NCBI RefSeq assembly: GCF_902150065.1
Contig: NC_043987.1
Location: forward strand, 1,689,386-1,753,385
Reading direction: 5' to 3'
DNA from: Myripristis murdjan
Taxonomy: Eukaryota
Length of the DNA stretch: 64,000 nt
This document shows, piece after piece, positions 39,116 through 52,201 of the stretch. The translations under genes were made by a program, and so were the position numbers. The notes under the pieces were generated by a model. The model did no database searches and was not told where the DNA came from. It saw only the letters and a program-made list of their open reading frames with translations. Position 1 is the stretch's first letter. Each line of letters begins with the position of its first letter.

Positions 39116-41734
39116 AATTTTTTTTTTTAAATGAAAATGTGTAAAATTGTACTGGAAAATTGTTACTTGATAGAAAAATGAAAATATATATAAATAAATA
39201 CATAAAATTATAAACAGATACAATGAATAAATGTGTGAATTACAACGGCATATTAGTGCTATTGTAGGGAGAAAAAAAATTCTGGAGACATAAATTTACA
39301 CAAAAAAACTTGGATATTCTCTGAGGTGGTAAATTTATGAGAAAAAGCTCACAAGTTTATGAGGAAAAAAAATAGAAATTTATGAAAAAAAACATTCTTT
39401 TCTATTTTTTTTTTTCATCAAGGAACCAAGGACCAAGAACCAGATTCAGTGCGTAGAGTGATGTGGTTCCTTGACCAAAAAATAAGCAAATGTTCCAAAT
39501 ATTTTCTCTTAAATTTGTAAAGTTTTGGGCCTTTTTGTGTAAATTTACCACTTTAATCGTAGAGAATATCTGAATTTTTTCGTGGAATATTATCCCCCTC
39601 CTCTGGCTCTGCAATTTTTTATTTTTTCCCTGCAATGGCCCTTATATGCTGTCGTATACAGGCAGTGACCTATAGCTGACTTTTGACATAGTTCATTTAA
39701 ATAAGCAAGTGTTGAGTGCTCTCTTTGAATAATTTCATAGATGTGAATAATTTCTTTTTTGGAAACATATGATTATTATAAGAAGCATGCCCACTTCTGT
39801 CGCCCTGTGCTGCTCTTGGAGGAGGTTTTGCTCCATGGATTTGGCCAAGATCTGTTGGGTTTCTGTAAAACACCTTGAGATAACTTCTGTTATGATTTGA
39901 CGCTATACAGATAAAACAGAATTGAACTGAATATGAGGATTGAGCCATCCCTGCTTCAGGTTGAATGAACTGTATACTGCAACTTGACACAGATGGTTAA
40001 GGTTGGAGGTATTTTCCAGCTGGGCTGTCAGGTGCTACACGTTGTCTCCAGGAGTCAGGGTTTACACAACCTGGGAGTTTGTCCAGCGGGCAACAAATTA
40101 AAATGCCTCTGGAATCCCATCTATATACAGTCATAACTAGCACACCTGCAGTGAAGAGGACATGTGAACACCAGAGAGAAGTGTGCTAATGTGCACATGT
40201 TTGACAAGGGAAATGTGGCAGCCTTGTGATTGCAAGACGTTTATTTATTTAGATCACTCAAAAGGATTAAGGAAGTAACTCAGTGACTAAATGAGATCCT
40301 TCCTGTCAGTCTTTCTAACGTGATGTGTTCAGTAATTACTACTCATTATAAGGAAGTTATGCAGCCAATGGGTGTCTTTACCAAGTGGGTGTGGCCACAT
40401 TGCACTGTCTATGACTGCAAAGCATTCTTTTAAGAATTTGGGACCCTCCATAATTATTATTATTAATTATTACAAGGCGTCCCATAAGTGAAAAATGCAG
40501 GATGTGCATTGAGCTTTTTGAGCGACTTTATAAAACTCTGCTAACAAAGACAGTCAACAGAGACAGAGACAGGGTCGGGGCAAGCCGGTGTGTGTGCTGT
40601 GACAGACTGAGCTGAGTGTGTGTGTGTGTGTCTGTGTGTGAGAGAGAATGAGAGCGAGAGAGAAAAAGAGAGAGTTTTAGTAATAATTTTGAATTTTACT
40701 ATTTTAATTTGTGATCTTTTTGACATACAGTTTCTACTGAAAGTATATGACTTCTGGCAGAAATGGCTGGTGAGCCACAGCTTGCAGACCTCTGGTGTAA
40801 TGTGTGTAATAAAGAGAAACTGATACAGAGAGAACAAGTAAAAGCTAAACTCAACAGGGTTGTGAGTTTTATGGTTTATTTTCTTAACTGTTCTGTACCA
40901 GATTTGAATCAAGCAGTAATTAATTAGTAATCTGTAACATGTTTGACAGTCCAAATGGCTGCTGAGGAGTCTCTCCTGAGTTTTGCTCAGCGCACAGCCC
41001 ATAGTCTGGAACAGGGGAGATACGCCTAGCAGAGATTTGCACTCAGTGTACTCTTCTAGTTATTTCTTTGTTTTTCCACCTCTGTGTTTTGTCACACACG
41101 GAATACTTGTAGCATGGAATTTAATTTTTACAAACATTTCCTGGTGGCAGAGATCATTTGGTTAACTGAGTCACATGAATGGACCCCAACAGCTATTGTT
41201 TTTCTGGCTAGTAATGTCCAGAGTATGGTGACGGATGACTCATCTGAACAAATCACTTGAACTCTCAGATTTGCATTTGTCTTTGTAATGAGGCTCTATG
41301 CACTGCAGTCCTACTAGAATATTCCATTCTATGTGCAGGATCTTTTGGAGGAAAACCATAGGACAATGAAGAGACACCACACGCATACATACAGATAGCT
41401 GGAGAACAGTGAGAAAGTTATTTAATTATAAAGGCTGAATGATGAGCTGTGATGATAATCTGATTCTGTGGAGATATACCAAGAGTGCTGCTCTAGGACC
41501 AGACATAAACTTTTTTATGATATGATGTAACAGGCAAAACTGATCAGTACTCAGTGTCTTGTTCTCCCTCTCATGTGGGCTGATTTGGGTTTTAGAAAGC
41601 AAAGCAAAGCAAAGTAATTAGTAATTACTTACTTTTGAGAGAGTAATTAGTAAAGTAATGTGACTGCAGTTTGTAGAGAGTAATGAGTAATTTACTTAAT
41701 TATCTTTTTTAAGTAACTTCCTTAACACTGATTA

Positions 41735-42400
41735 TAGTGTAGTATAGTAAAATATAGTGTTGTATTGCATATTGTAATATAAAGTAGTGTAGTATTGTGT
41801 AGTGTAGTGTAGTATATGATAGTGTAATGTAGTAGCATAGGGTAGTATAGCATAGAATTGTATAGTGTATTATAGTGTAGTTTACTAAAATGTAGTATAG
41901 TGTATTATAGTGTGGAGTATAGTATTGTATCATACAGTATAATATAGTATAGTGTAGTATAGGACACCGGGGTGTACTGTATAGTGCTGTAGTCTATACT
42001 GTAATATAGTTTATTATAGTTATAGTATTGTGCAGTCTATTATAGTGTAATATAGTATAGTGTCATGTACTAGTATGGTATAGTATTGTATAATGTATTG
42101 CAGGGTGGTATAGTATAGTGTGATGTAGAAATATAGTGTAGTATAAGATAACATTGCATAGTGTCATTTAGCAGCAAAATATAGTGAACTATAGTGCAGT
42201 ATAGTATTGTGTGGTGTATTGCAGAGTAGTATAGTATAATTTAATGTAGTAGTGTAGTATATATTGTATAGTGTATTGTAGCATAGTACAGTATTGTGTC
42301 ATGTACTGTATTGTAGTATGGTACCGTATAGTGTAAATAGTATAGTGTAGTGCAGGATAGTATAATGTGTCACAGTGTAGTGTAGTGAACTATGCTGTAC
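41735..42400. repeat. Cryptic low-complexity satellite of about 670 bp built from degenerate TAGTG/TATAG/TGTAG pentamer-like units
   Basis: Visible as continuous (tagtgtagtatagtattgtatagtg...)n with no exact period. Generates the spurious Y/T/L-rich track ORFs 41709..41933 and 42299..42541. Confidence 0.7.
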
Positions 42401-42401
42401 A

Positions 42402-42737
42402 GTGGCCCCTCGTTTATCGTGGGAGTTACGTTCTAAAAGTAACCCGCAATAGGCGAAATCCGCAAAGTAGTCAGCTTTATTTTTTACAATTATTCTAGAT
42501 GTTTTAAGGCTGTAAAAGCCCTCACTACACACTTTATACACTTTTCTCAGACAGGCATTAACATTTTCTCACTTTTCTCTCTTGTTTAAACTCTCAAAGT
42601 TCAAACCTTCGTAGAAAAAGAAGTCCAGTATTATAGAATGAACGCATTCTGTACTGTACAGGAGACACGGCACGGAGGAGATTGATTGACAATGGTCTAC
42701 AGTCCCTTAGCCAATCAGGACGCAGAACACAATGCGC

Positions 42738-42768
<31 letters not shown>

Positions 42769-42850
42769 GCATGCAAAATTGCACTAAAAAAAAATCCGCG
42801 AAACTGCAAGGCCGCGAAAGGTAAACCGCGTTATAGCGAGGGACAACTGT
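42402..42850. mobile_element. Tc1-like MITE of about 450 bp with roughly 30-bp imperfect TIRs starting TACAGTGGCCCCTCGTTTATCGTGGG / ending CCCTCGCTATAACGCGGTTTACC..; contains an internal poly-A
   Basis: Reverse complement of 42803-42850 (TACAGTTGTCCCTCGCTATAACGCGG) aligns to 42402-42430. Abuts the cryptic satellite. Confidence 0.5.
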
Positions 42851-45800
42851 ACTATACTACACTATAGTTTTTGGGAACTATTCAAAGTAACTGCAGTGAT
42901 TTCTGTCAAAATGTTTCAAAAACCTTAGCACACAGTGTTTGTTAAAATGTCGGTGGAGATTCTCAGTCATCCAGGTCATGATATACATGTAACAACCGGG
43001 GATTCCCTGCCAGTCAGCCAGAACGGAAGAAGCTTCTTGGAGGAGAAGCGAAACGTCTTCTGAAATCCTACTATCAAGTCCAGTCGACTTTGTTCAAACC
43101 TTACTTGTTGTTTGTTACTGTTGTACGCTGAAACAGCTGAATCTGGTGAAAACAGGCTCAGTTATGTGATCGCTCCCTGAGGGTCAGTTTGTTGCTTTAG
43201 ATTATCTCAGTGCCACTGTAGAAGAACACAGTATGGACTGTCATTATTACAGATGGTGGGGGCCAGGACACAGTGTGTCAGGGTGGCTGTGGATGGAAAC
43301 TGCCTCAGTGAGCTTGCACTCTGGAAAAGGCTGTGCTGTTTTGTCACATCTCCTGTCCTCTGTGAGACAACATGTGGAACTGGTGCTACTTTTCAACAGA
43401 GGTGGAAAGACTGCTTCCTATCCAAGTAGTGCTGCTACTTTGCTAAAAATGTTGATATTCTGCATTTAAAATCTTCACACAGATGAATTACTTTCAGTGT
43501 TACAAGTGATCTTCTCCATGCAATTACAAACAAAAGGATGGGAGCACAGAGTTGAAACTGTGGTTTTTCGAACTGGAAAAATTAGAATTGACAAATTAAA
43601 GGTGACAAAGTAAAGGCAGATTCCGCCTTCCTGCTTCACTATGACTTTGCATTTCAGCACTGATAACAACCACTGTGGAAACTTGGCATTTTCACGGGGA
43701 ACATATTTCCTGTTTGGCTTGAAAGACCAACTGTGAACAACGCGGGTATTCAAGGCTGATGTTGTGTGAAAACATGTGATTACCTCACTTAGACAAGGCA
43801 GTAAAACCAGTTGTATGAAATGACAGATGCTTTGTTGCTTAATCAGCAGACAGCTCTGATAATAGCACATTAGTCAAGACTCTAAGCCTCTGTGGTGACA
43901 TTTTATATCCTTGAACACACAATATAACCATCATACGTCAAGTTCAGGTCATTTAAGGTCAGTACCCTTATTATCCTTAAAGGAGATTTCATTTTAGGAC
44001 AATAGGACAGCAAATTACATTGTATCCTTTTACTAGTTCCACTTACATAAAATTCCTGACACACAACAGGCACCCAGAGAAGCAGTCAAAGAGTGAAGCA
44101 GACTTGCTTGCATCTTGTAGTCTGGAAGTTGAGGATATAAAGGGTATCAAGGGTATAAAGGTCCTGAAAAGATGTGATGTCTGCTTTTCAGCACATCATT
44201 GTCCTGTGTTAGTCAGCATACCTTGTGCTGTATCTTCTCAACACAGGATATACCACTATTGTGTTGACAAGCACAGTTCAGCCTTCCATTCCAAACTGAA
44301 CAGCACACTGCAGCCACCAGCACCCCCCCTCATTGTGTGTGTACTTGACAGAATGATCTGAACCTGTCTGTTTAACTGCTGTTTGTTTTCTGTTTTTCAG
44401 GGTCTCACTCACAGTTAGATGGTAAGTCAAAGTTTCTATTGGCATTTTTTCCGTATTTGCTTCCCGCCCACTTCTGGTTGCCCAATGTTTGCATTTCAGA
44501 AGAGCGTTGAGAAAGAGGTGTCACATTCCAAACACCATCAGGACTTAATCTTTTAACAACTGCTTGATAATAAAACTGGACTGCCGTTGGTGTAATAAAA
44601 CGTGAGGCCACCACCGTGCCATGTTGCATTGGCATGCCCGTGTTTTCTAACATTACTGACAGACGTGCTGTAATCACCGGATCTATAAACTCTAGCTCCA
44701 TCAACACACACTGAGGTTTTCCTCTTGAAGTGATTTCCATTCATGAGACAGACAATCTGTCGGCTATGAGCATTACTGAATGAAATTTTTAAAAAAAAGA
44801 AAAAAAAAAAAGAAAAAAACATTTGATTTGACCTTTGTTAACAGAGAGGTAACACTTGGCATGGTAGTCCTTATACTCTTATGCTAATTATTTGTATTAA
44901 GAAGGAATTTAGGAAAGGAGGAAAAAATTAGTAGAACATTAGCAAAAAAAAAAAAAAAAAACAACAACAACAAAAAACACAAAGACCAAAAAAAAAAAAG
45001 TTTAAAAATGCACAAGAAAACAATATTTATAATTATTAAAATAATATATTTAAATGTCAGGTCAGTGATGCTGGATCAACCTCTGAATTCTTGTGTTTAG
45101 AAGCTATGAAGGGCTTTCAGCAGCGTCTAAGAGGAAAAGGGCACATAAGCTCTGTTGGATCCTACAGTGTGTATTGTATTTCACGTTTGTCAGCAAATCA
45201 CACACATCTCCAGATTTGTTCCCAAAAATGTGGTCAGCCTAGCCTCGCTGCCACATGAACACTACGCTAGATGGCAAGATTGCTGACAAAAGATTCAAAC
45301 GCTCTGCACGTTTCAAGTGACAGAAACACTGATAAATGATAAGGCGTGTTTTCTGACAACCACTCTAAAATATCTCTGTCTAAATCTCTAAAATGTCAGC
45401 ATGTCAGCATTTTAGCTGGCAAACAAACATAGCTGCTGGCAAGCAAGTTAGTTAAGATAGCTTAGTTTGTTTACAGATGACTGAGACGTTCTGTAAAATA
45501 GTGTTATTACTGCTGGACAGCAAAACGACAAGCATTGGTTTCCCATTTGCTTTCCTCTTTCCGTTTTCTTTTTTCAACACACTGTGCATCTGTGAGTGTA
45601 CCAGTAGGGGGCAGCTTCAGCTGTGGTCTATTATTAGTCTACTACTGAAGGAAGAATGAGTAGGATTTGCAAAAAACCAACAAACAAACAGACAAAATTA
45701 TAGACTGATAAAAAAAATAATCCAGCCAATCACAGTGCACAGTGCCAGAAGGACAGCACAACATCCAATAGGAAGCTATGCAAATTGCTGACGTGCAAAA

Positions 45801-46382
45801 AAAAAAAATCAAGCATGGTGAAGCGTCAACCGGACAAAGTTTGTTCCACAACAAGAGTGAATCTGGGGTTGGCTTTCACACGCTAGCAAGCACTGAGGAA
45901 GAGGATGAAGATGAAGAGCAACACGCTGTCAGCCTGGTTTCTGTAGGACAGAGAGGTGCCAGTGGGATCATTTTTTTTCCCAGGACAGTGACAGTGTCTA
46001 TTCCGTTGCTGGTGGTTAGCTTAACCAGAGAGGTGGGGCCAGCTTTGAATGCTGTGTTTCCAAACCGCAACTGACAAATCCTACTCACTCTTCCTGTAAG
46101 TTATCCATCCAAGTTTATTCTAGATTAGTGCTGGATTAGTTCTTCTAAATAAGTGCAATTCCATACAGTCATACACATTCACATGTGGAGCTGACCAGCA
46201 CAACCACAGCTCTCTACCATCAGCCACTGCAGTGCCACAGGAACACCCACCATGGTGGCCACCACAAGAACTGGCCTGGTCACACCAGTCTGGGCGATCG
46301 AATAGAAAAAAAATGTTGTCATTGGTTGGAAATTAAGAAGACTGAAAGTCCAGCATCTAAGTGCAAGTGAATGTGGCATGAA

Positions 46383-46417
46383 TCTATCTGTCTGTCTGTC
46401 TATATATCTATCTATCA

Positions 46418-46477
<60 letters not shown>

Positions 46478-46487
46478 GTCTGCCACC
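46383..46487. repeat. (TATC)n/(TCTG)n microsatellite about 130 bp upstream of protease exon A
   Basis: At least 20 tetranucleotide units. Confidence 0.95.
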
Positions 46488-46619
46488 TTGTAAAACATAG
46501 CCCCCCCCTGCCTCTCTGTAGCTCGGGCCCTGTGCAGTGGCCGGCCTGCAGGCCTCACAGTGGCACTTAAAGAAGGGGAGAGTGTTGCACATCCACTTGT
46601 TTTTCTCCCTCTGTCTCAG

Positions 46620-46782
46620 AGTGTGGTCAGCCTCGCCTGAACACCAGGATCGTTGGAGGGCAGGACGCTCCTGCAGGGAGCTGGCCCTGGCAGGCCAGCA
46701 TCCACGAATTCAACAGTCACATATGTGGAGGATCTCTCATTAACAGTCAGTGGGTGCTGACTGCTGCCCACTGCTTCTCAAG
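46620..46782 (+). CDS. Serine protease gene, exon A: activation site and His region of domain 1 ([53 protein letters not shown]). Exact acceptor (46620 vs 46622) and all upstream signal-peptide exon(s) are unresolved
   Basis: S1-family hallmarks R|IVGG, WPWQ and TAAHC (His codon 46769-71). Donor TCAAG|gtgagg. Confidence 0.8.
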
Positions 46783-47572
46783 GTGAGGGCGCAGTGTGTG
46801 CACTTAACAGCTGAAACTGATGCAGTGTACAGTCTGATCTTGACTACATATTGTTATTTCTTGGACTTCTGTCAGTCTCACTCCTGCCTTAATTCAGACT
46901 TGTCTTGTTCTTGACTGCTACTGTTTTTTGAAAACCTTTTCTTATCTGAAAATATTTTAAAAGTGGAATTTTAATGGTGATCCTTTCATTTTCTATACAA
47001 CTATTTAAAGGATGATACCAGTGATTTTCCATGTTTAGCCTAATATGTACAGATCAGTTTCCTAAATGCAGCCACACTGTTGTGTTATGATGACTTTAAG
47101 TTGGGTGGAGTGTAACGCTCTCTCCACCAGGAAACAGACAATTATAAATTCCATTGTTTATGAGTGGTGGTGGCTTTTATAGCTACAGAACAAGAACATT
47201 ATAAGGTGGGTGTTTCAACCAAAAATTCTAATTTGAAAGTCAAGAGATTTGTATTCCTTGTTTCTCAAAATGGTTTGATGCAATGTAAAATGTGGGGAAA
47301 CTGTAATAAAAAGGCTAAACATTAAAAATCACGGGTAGGGTCCTTTAAGAGATTTTATATATAGAAATGTAATAGTCTTCAGATTTATTTTGTATTGATT
47401 AGTTGTTAAAGGGTGTAGTAGATATGTCCTCCAAAAATGTAGAAATCATTATTTGAAAAGCTGGAAAACCACAGTGTTTTTTTTTTTTCTTTCTTTGGTC
47501 TCATCTTTGGAACTGACATGGATTTGACTGAGTTGGTAATGAATACATCCTGTTTTCAATACCACCCCCCAG

Positions 47573-47841
47573 CGACAACACAGCCGATTTCATCATTTAT
47601 CTGGGCCGCCAGAGTCAACAGGGATCCAACCCCAATGAGGAGTCTCGCACATTAACACAGATCATCCTTCATCCCGACTACAACAACCCCGCCAATGACA
47701 ATGATATTGCTCTCCTCAAGCTCGCCTCACCTGTGAATTTCACCGACTACATTGGCCCTGTCTGCCTGGCACAATCAGGCAGCTCCATCCATGCTGGGAC
47801 TGATAGCTGGGTCACTGGCTGGGGCCACATCCGATCAGGAG
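47573..47841 (+). CDS. Serine protease exon B: Asp region of domain 1 (SDNTADFIIYLGRQSQQGSNPNEESRTLTQIILHPDYNNPANDNDIALLKLASPVNFTDYIGPVCLAQSGSSIHAGTDSWVTGWGHIRSGG)
   Basis: Acceptor cccccag|, donor GGAG|gtaata. DIALLKL motif with catalytic Asp codon 47703-05. Phase continuous with exon A. Confidence 0.85.
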
Positions 47842-48220
47842 GTAATACAGCCACATTCACAGTGGGTTGAGAGACAGGAAGATAGCATCCATTCTTTTTC
47901 AGTGAAAGATAAAGACAGTGCTAAGCATTCTGTCATGATGACAAGAGCCACGCTTCAACTTGTTGTCCACCACAAAATTCAAAGTTTTGTTTTTTCTTTC
48001 AACTAGGGCAACATAACTAGATCTTCTTCTGGGTCCATTTCTTAATCACTCTAATGAAGCCCAAATCTTCTAGTAGTTTCCCAAATATCCAAATATTCTC
48101 AAACAATTATTAGAGTTACAAGCATACCCAGATGTACCCAATATATACTTTGAGAAGAGAATACTTAGCACCCCTTGTAGTGGCTTTCCTTTTTTTAAGA
48201 TTTTTTTTTGGTGGGTATTA

Positions 48221-48376
48221 TTGCTTTACTAGCCAGTCACAGTAGAGAGAGACAGGAAAGACAGGGCATAGAGGGGGGATGAAGGCAACAAAGGCTCTGG
48301 GCCGGATTCAATCCCAGGCTGCTGCAGCTTAGCCTCAGTTTTCGGTGGTATGCACTCTGTATGATAAGCCACCTGT
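48221..48376 (-). mobile_element. SINE copy 3 (minus orientation) in a protease intron
   Basis: CAGTCACAGTAGAGAGAGACAGG tail rc and CAGCTTAGCCTCAG...TGCACTCTG head rc, homologous to 9108-9273. Confidence 0.5.
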
Positions 48377-48854
48377 TGCTTTCATTTCCTTTCATTCCAC
48401 GATGATATGAAAATGAACTTTAGCGACCTCAAACTTTTTTCACACCAGTATTCCATCACTGTAATAAAATCATCGTCCACATTCATTTTCCTAAAAGCGG
48501 CAGCACTGTTGTGTTATGATGACTTGAAATTGGGGCGGAGTGAAACGTTCCCTCTGCCAGAAAACAGTCCCCAGGAAAACATGTTTTAATCAGCTAGTTA
48601 ACAGTTCCGTGGTTTATAAATGGCCATGACCTTGTTAGCAGCTAAAGCTGAATATTGTAAATTGGTGGTTTTAACCAAAATTTTGATTATATGTTCTGAA
48701 CTCTTTAGAACCACCACATGATTTGAAAAATGGTTTGTTGACATGTCAAATATGGTTAAACTGGCCAGTAATCTGCTGCCTGTGATTGAAAACATTTTTC
48801 TAAGTGTATCTTTGTATGAGTGTTTTTCATCAGAGTAAATCTCTCTCTCTCCAG

Positions 48855-49443
<589 letters not shown>

Positions 49444-50879
49444 TAGATTGACAGATTGAGTAGTATAATAATGGACATAAAAGGAAGTGGTTGAAAAATG
49501 AAAGGTGCAGCCACAGAAAATCAAAAAAAGAAAACCACAATATAATACAAGGCCCAATTAAACAAAAACATTAAGACAGAAATCAAAAGATTTTTTTTCT
49601 CTCCCTCCCTCCTCTCCCTCCCCCTCTTCTCAAAGAGGGTGCAAAAGAGATGAAAAGAAATACAAAGTTAAATATAAAAATAAATAAACTAATGAATAGA
49701 TGAAGTAAATTTTAAAAATGATTGAAAATATTGTACATAGGTAATCTTGTGCAAAGCAATGTCATGCTTTTTATATTGCTATGAATTTTTTTTAAATAAT
49801 ATGATACCTAATTGGTAACCAATGTAAGGACTTTAAGGGCATTTATGCCTGATGAAAATCCTCCCAGCAGACTCAAAGAAATATGAAGCCTGCTTATTAT
49901 TTTTTATGTATTATTAAGAGATGTTTCCCTTGCCCTAATAAAAAAAAATGTCAGTATGTCACAAAAATAAAGAGGTAAATCAAAAGGAAGGTAAACTGAC
50001 ATCCAGTCAGCAACCATCATAAGGAAAATAAGTATAAACAAAAATCAATTATAATGTTAAAAAATATTCATTTAGGCCTTTTCCCCTTTAAAAGACTCCA
50101 TCTCTCATAACTAATATAAGTTTAATGCTATTTACTATGACGCAAAGCTGTGATTTGTAAACCTGCACCACTGACAGAGCTGACTTTGGGTTTCACTCCA
50201 ACCAAACACTGCACCCAGTGATTTTAGTTTAGTACCCTGCTCTCTGCTTGAAATTGAACTAAGTGGTAGAATCTCTTGACCATGACATCACTCATGTATA
50301 TGATGATTTTATGACATAAAGATAACCAAAGTATCAAATAAGCCATTTTCACACTACACTTTGCCCTGGGCTAACTCACACTTGCAACTTAGAATGTGGT
50401 ATATCTCCATTCTTAGCCCAGCACTAACTAAACCCCACTCCAGAGCAGGGTTATCCCTGATTTTCTAGGGATATCCTCCAAAACGTCAGGGAGAATGTCT
50501 ATAGAGTGAATCAAGGTTAGAATTAAGATTTGAACATCCAAGAATATTAATAAATATTAATAAAAAGACTTTATCACCTTATTTAAAACCTCTGCCTAGA
50601 GCCCTGTATTATGTACATTACATTGCAGTTAAGTCACCATGATGGTCTTTTCCTTAAATGTTTCCAAAGAAACAGGAGATAAACACCTGAATTGTGAGCT
50701 ACTGTGGCTTTATAAGGCATACTGAGTTTACTGTCTGTCCTTGCTGCAATTGCTAGAAATTCATTGTCACTTATAAATTTTAAAAGGAAAGAAATATTGA
50801 AATAAACCTAACAGAACTTGTAAAAGGAGTTGCCGGAACTGATGTAGATTTTAAACCTTTCATTGTCCTTCACTTTTAG

Positions 50880-51051
50880 CTGTGGTCTGTGGTCGTGCTC
50901 CTATGAACTCACGGATTGGTGGGGGGAGTTTGGTGGAAAATGCAGGTGTGTGGCCGTGGATGGCCAGCATCCAGAAGAATGGAAGCCATGTGTGTGGTGG
51001 GACTCTGGTGGCAGAGGAATTTGTGCTAAGCAGTGCCGATTGCTTCTCAAA
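50880..51051 (+). CDS. Serine protease exon E: start of domain 2 (PVVCGRAPMNSRIGGGSLVENAGVWPWMASIQKNGSHVCGGTLVAEEFVLSSADCFSK); catalytic His replaced by Asp
   Basis: Acceptor cttttag|, donor TCAAA|gtaaga, the same intron phase as exon A. LSSADCF aligns to LTAAHCF (GAT at 51038-40). Confidence 0.75.
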
Positions 51052-51420
51052 GTAAGACATTGGGGGTTGATTTATTAAAGGATCACACCAGTGATTTTGA
51101 ATGTTTGGCCTATTTACTACAATTCACCCACATTTTACATTCCAACAAACCATTTTGCAAATCAGGCAGGGCAACTAAAGATTTTGGACCTACAGTTTTT
51201 CTATGATGTCAAGTCTTTTTCCATTCCAGTTCTCAACATGCATTGGTCCAAGCACTCCTTTTTTTTTTCAAATCTAGATGCCCTGAACTCCAAAAGCTGT
51301 TCACTCATGTCTAATTTTCCATGTTTAATTACTTCTTAAAGTTATTTCCACTCACGTTGAAGCAAAAATTCAGTGAGGTTTTATACATATATGGCCAATC
51401 AGGCTGTCTTGTCTTTCCAG

Positions 51421-51674
51421 TTTCACCATGGCCTCTGAATGGACTGTGATCTTGGGTCGCCTGAAGCAAAACGGATCAAACCCCTTCGAAGTGACACTTA
51501 ATGTCACAAACATCACTCTGAGCAACCTGACCACTAACAATGTGGCTGTCCTGCGTCTGGCAACCCGACCTAGCCTGACGGACTACATCCAGCCAATCTG
51601 TCTAGATACTGGACTAACCTTCAGTGTTGGCTCTGCATGCTGGGCCTCTGGCTGGAGCACAGAACAAGGAGGGG
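51421..51674 (+). CDS. Serine protease exon F, domain 2 (NFTMASEWTVILGRLKQNGSNPFEVTLNVTNITLSNLTTNNVAVLRLATRPSLTDYIQPICLDTGLTFSVGSACWASGWSTEQGGG); catalytic Asp replaced by Asn
   Basis: Acceptor tctttccag|, donor GGGG|gtgagt, the same phase as exon B. NNVAVLRL aligns to NDIALLKL (AAT at 51539-41). Confidence 0.75.
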
Positions 51675-52103
51675 GTGAGTCCACAACCAGGGCTACTTTT
51701 GAGAGATGAAGTTACTTGGAGATCTGAAAACTTGTCAAATTTAGTGACTAATCCTGACTTCAAGTGCAATGTCGGAGCCTTGATGTTTGCAATGACCAAG
51801 TTGCTAAGAGTGGTTTGCCAGAAAAACTGTGATGCTTTGACTGATGTTCAACTCAACCAATGAGAACATTTCTGCTCTGCTCCATGATGTGCTTCACTAA
51901 AACTCAATCTAAAGGAAAATCTGAAACCCAAGTATAGCATAGATTTTTCATACCTTGTTGAATTTGGACTATTGTCAAAATGGAAAATGGTTTTGACACC
52001 AAGACTTTGGTTGATGACATTTTTGCACGTTTATGAATATGTGTGGTTCTGATTAAGGCATCCCACTTTCATTCACTTTCCTCTTGTTTCCTTCTGACCC
52101 CAG

Positions 52104-52201
52104 TGGAACAAGTTCTGCAGGAGCGCCAGACCACAGTGGTGGATTGTGGGAATGCCACATCAAATGACAGCATTTGTACAGGAACTCTAACTCTGCAGCA
52201 G
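52104..52201 (+). CDS. Serine protease exon G, domain 2 (VEQVLQERQTTVVDCGNATSNDSICTGTLTLQQ)
   Basis: Acceptor gaccccag|, donor CAGCAG|gtagga. Paralogous to exon C (LQEV...C...ICAG). Confidence 0.7.

Noticed and set aside
41709-42541. Tyr/Thr/Leu-rich ORFs (41709..41933 −, 42299..42541 −)
   Set aside because: Artefacts of the cryptic TAGTG/TATAG satellite.
44395-44425. Short AG...GTAAGT-bounded segment (GGTCTCACTCACAGTTAGATG) as a candidate protease 5' exon
   Set aside because: No frame both avoids the in-frame TAG and joins exon A in phase with a Met/signal peptide. Likely fortuitous splice-like motifs.
46050-46096. ATGCTGTGTTTCCAAACC...CTCTTCCT|gtaagt as protease exon 1
   Set aside because: Splicing to either candidate acceptor of exon A (46620 or 46622) produces the wrong reading frame, and the peptide is not signal-peptide-like.
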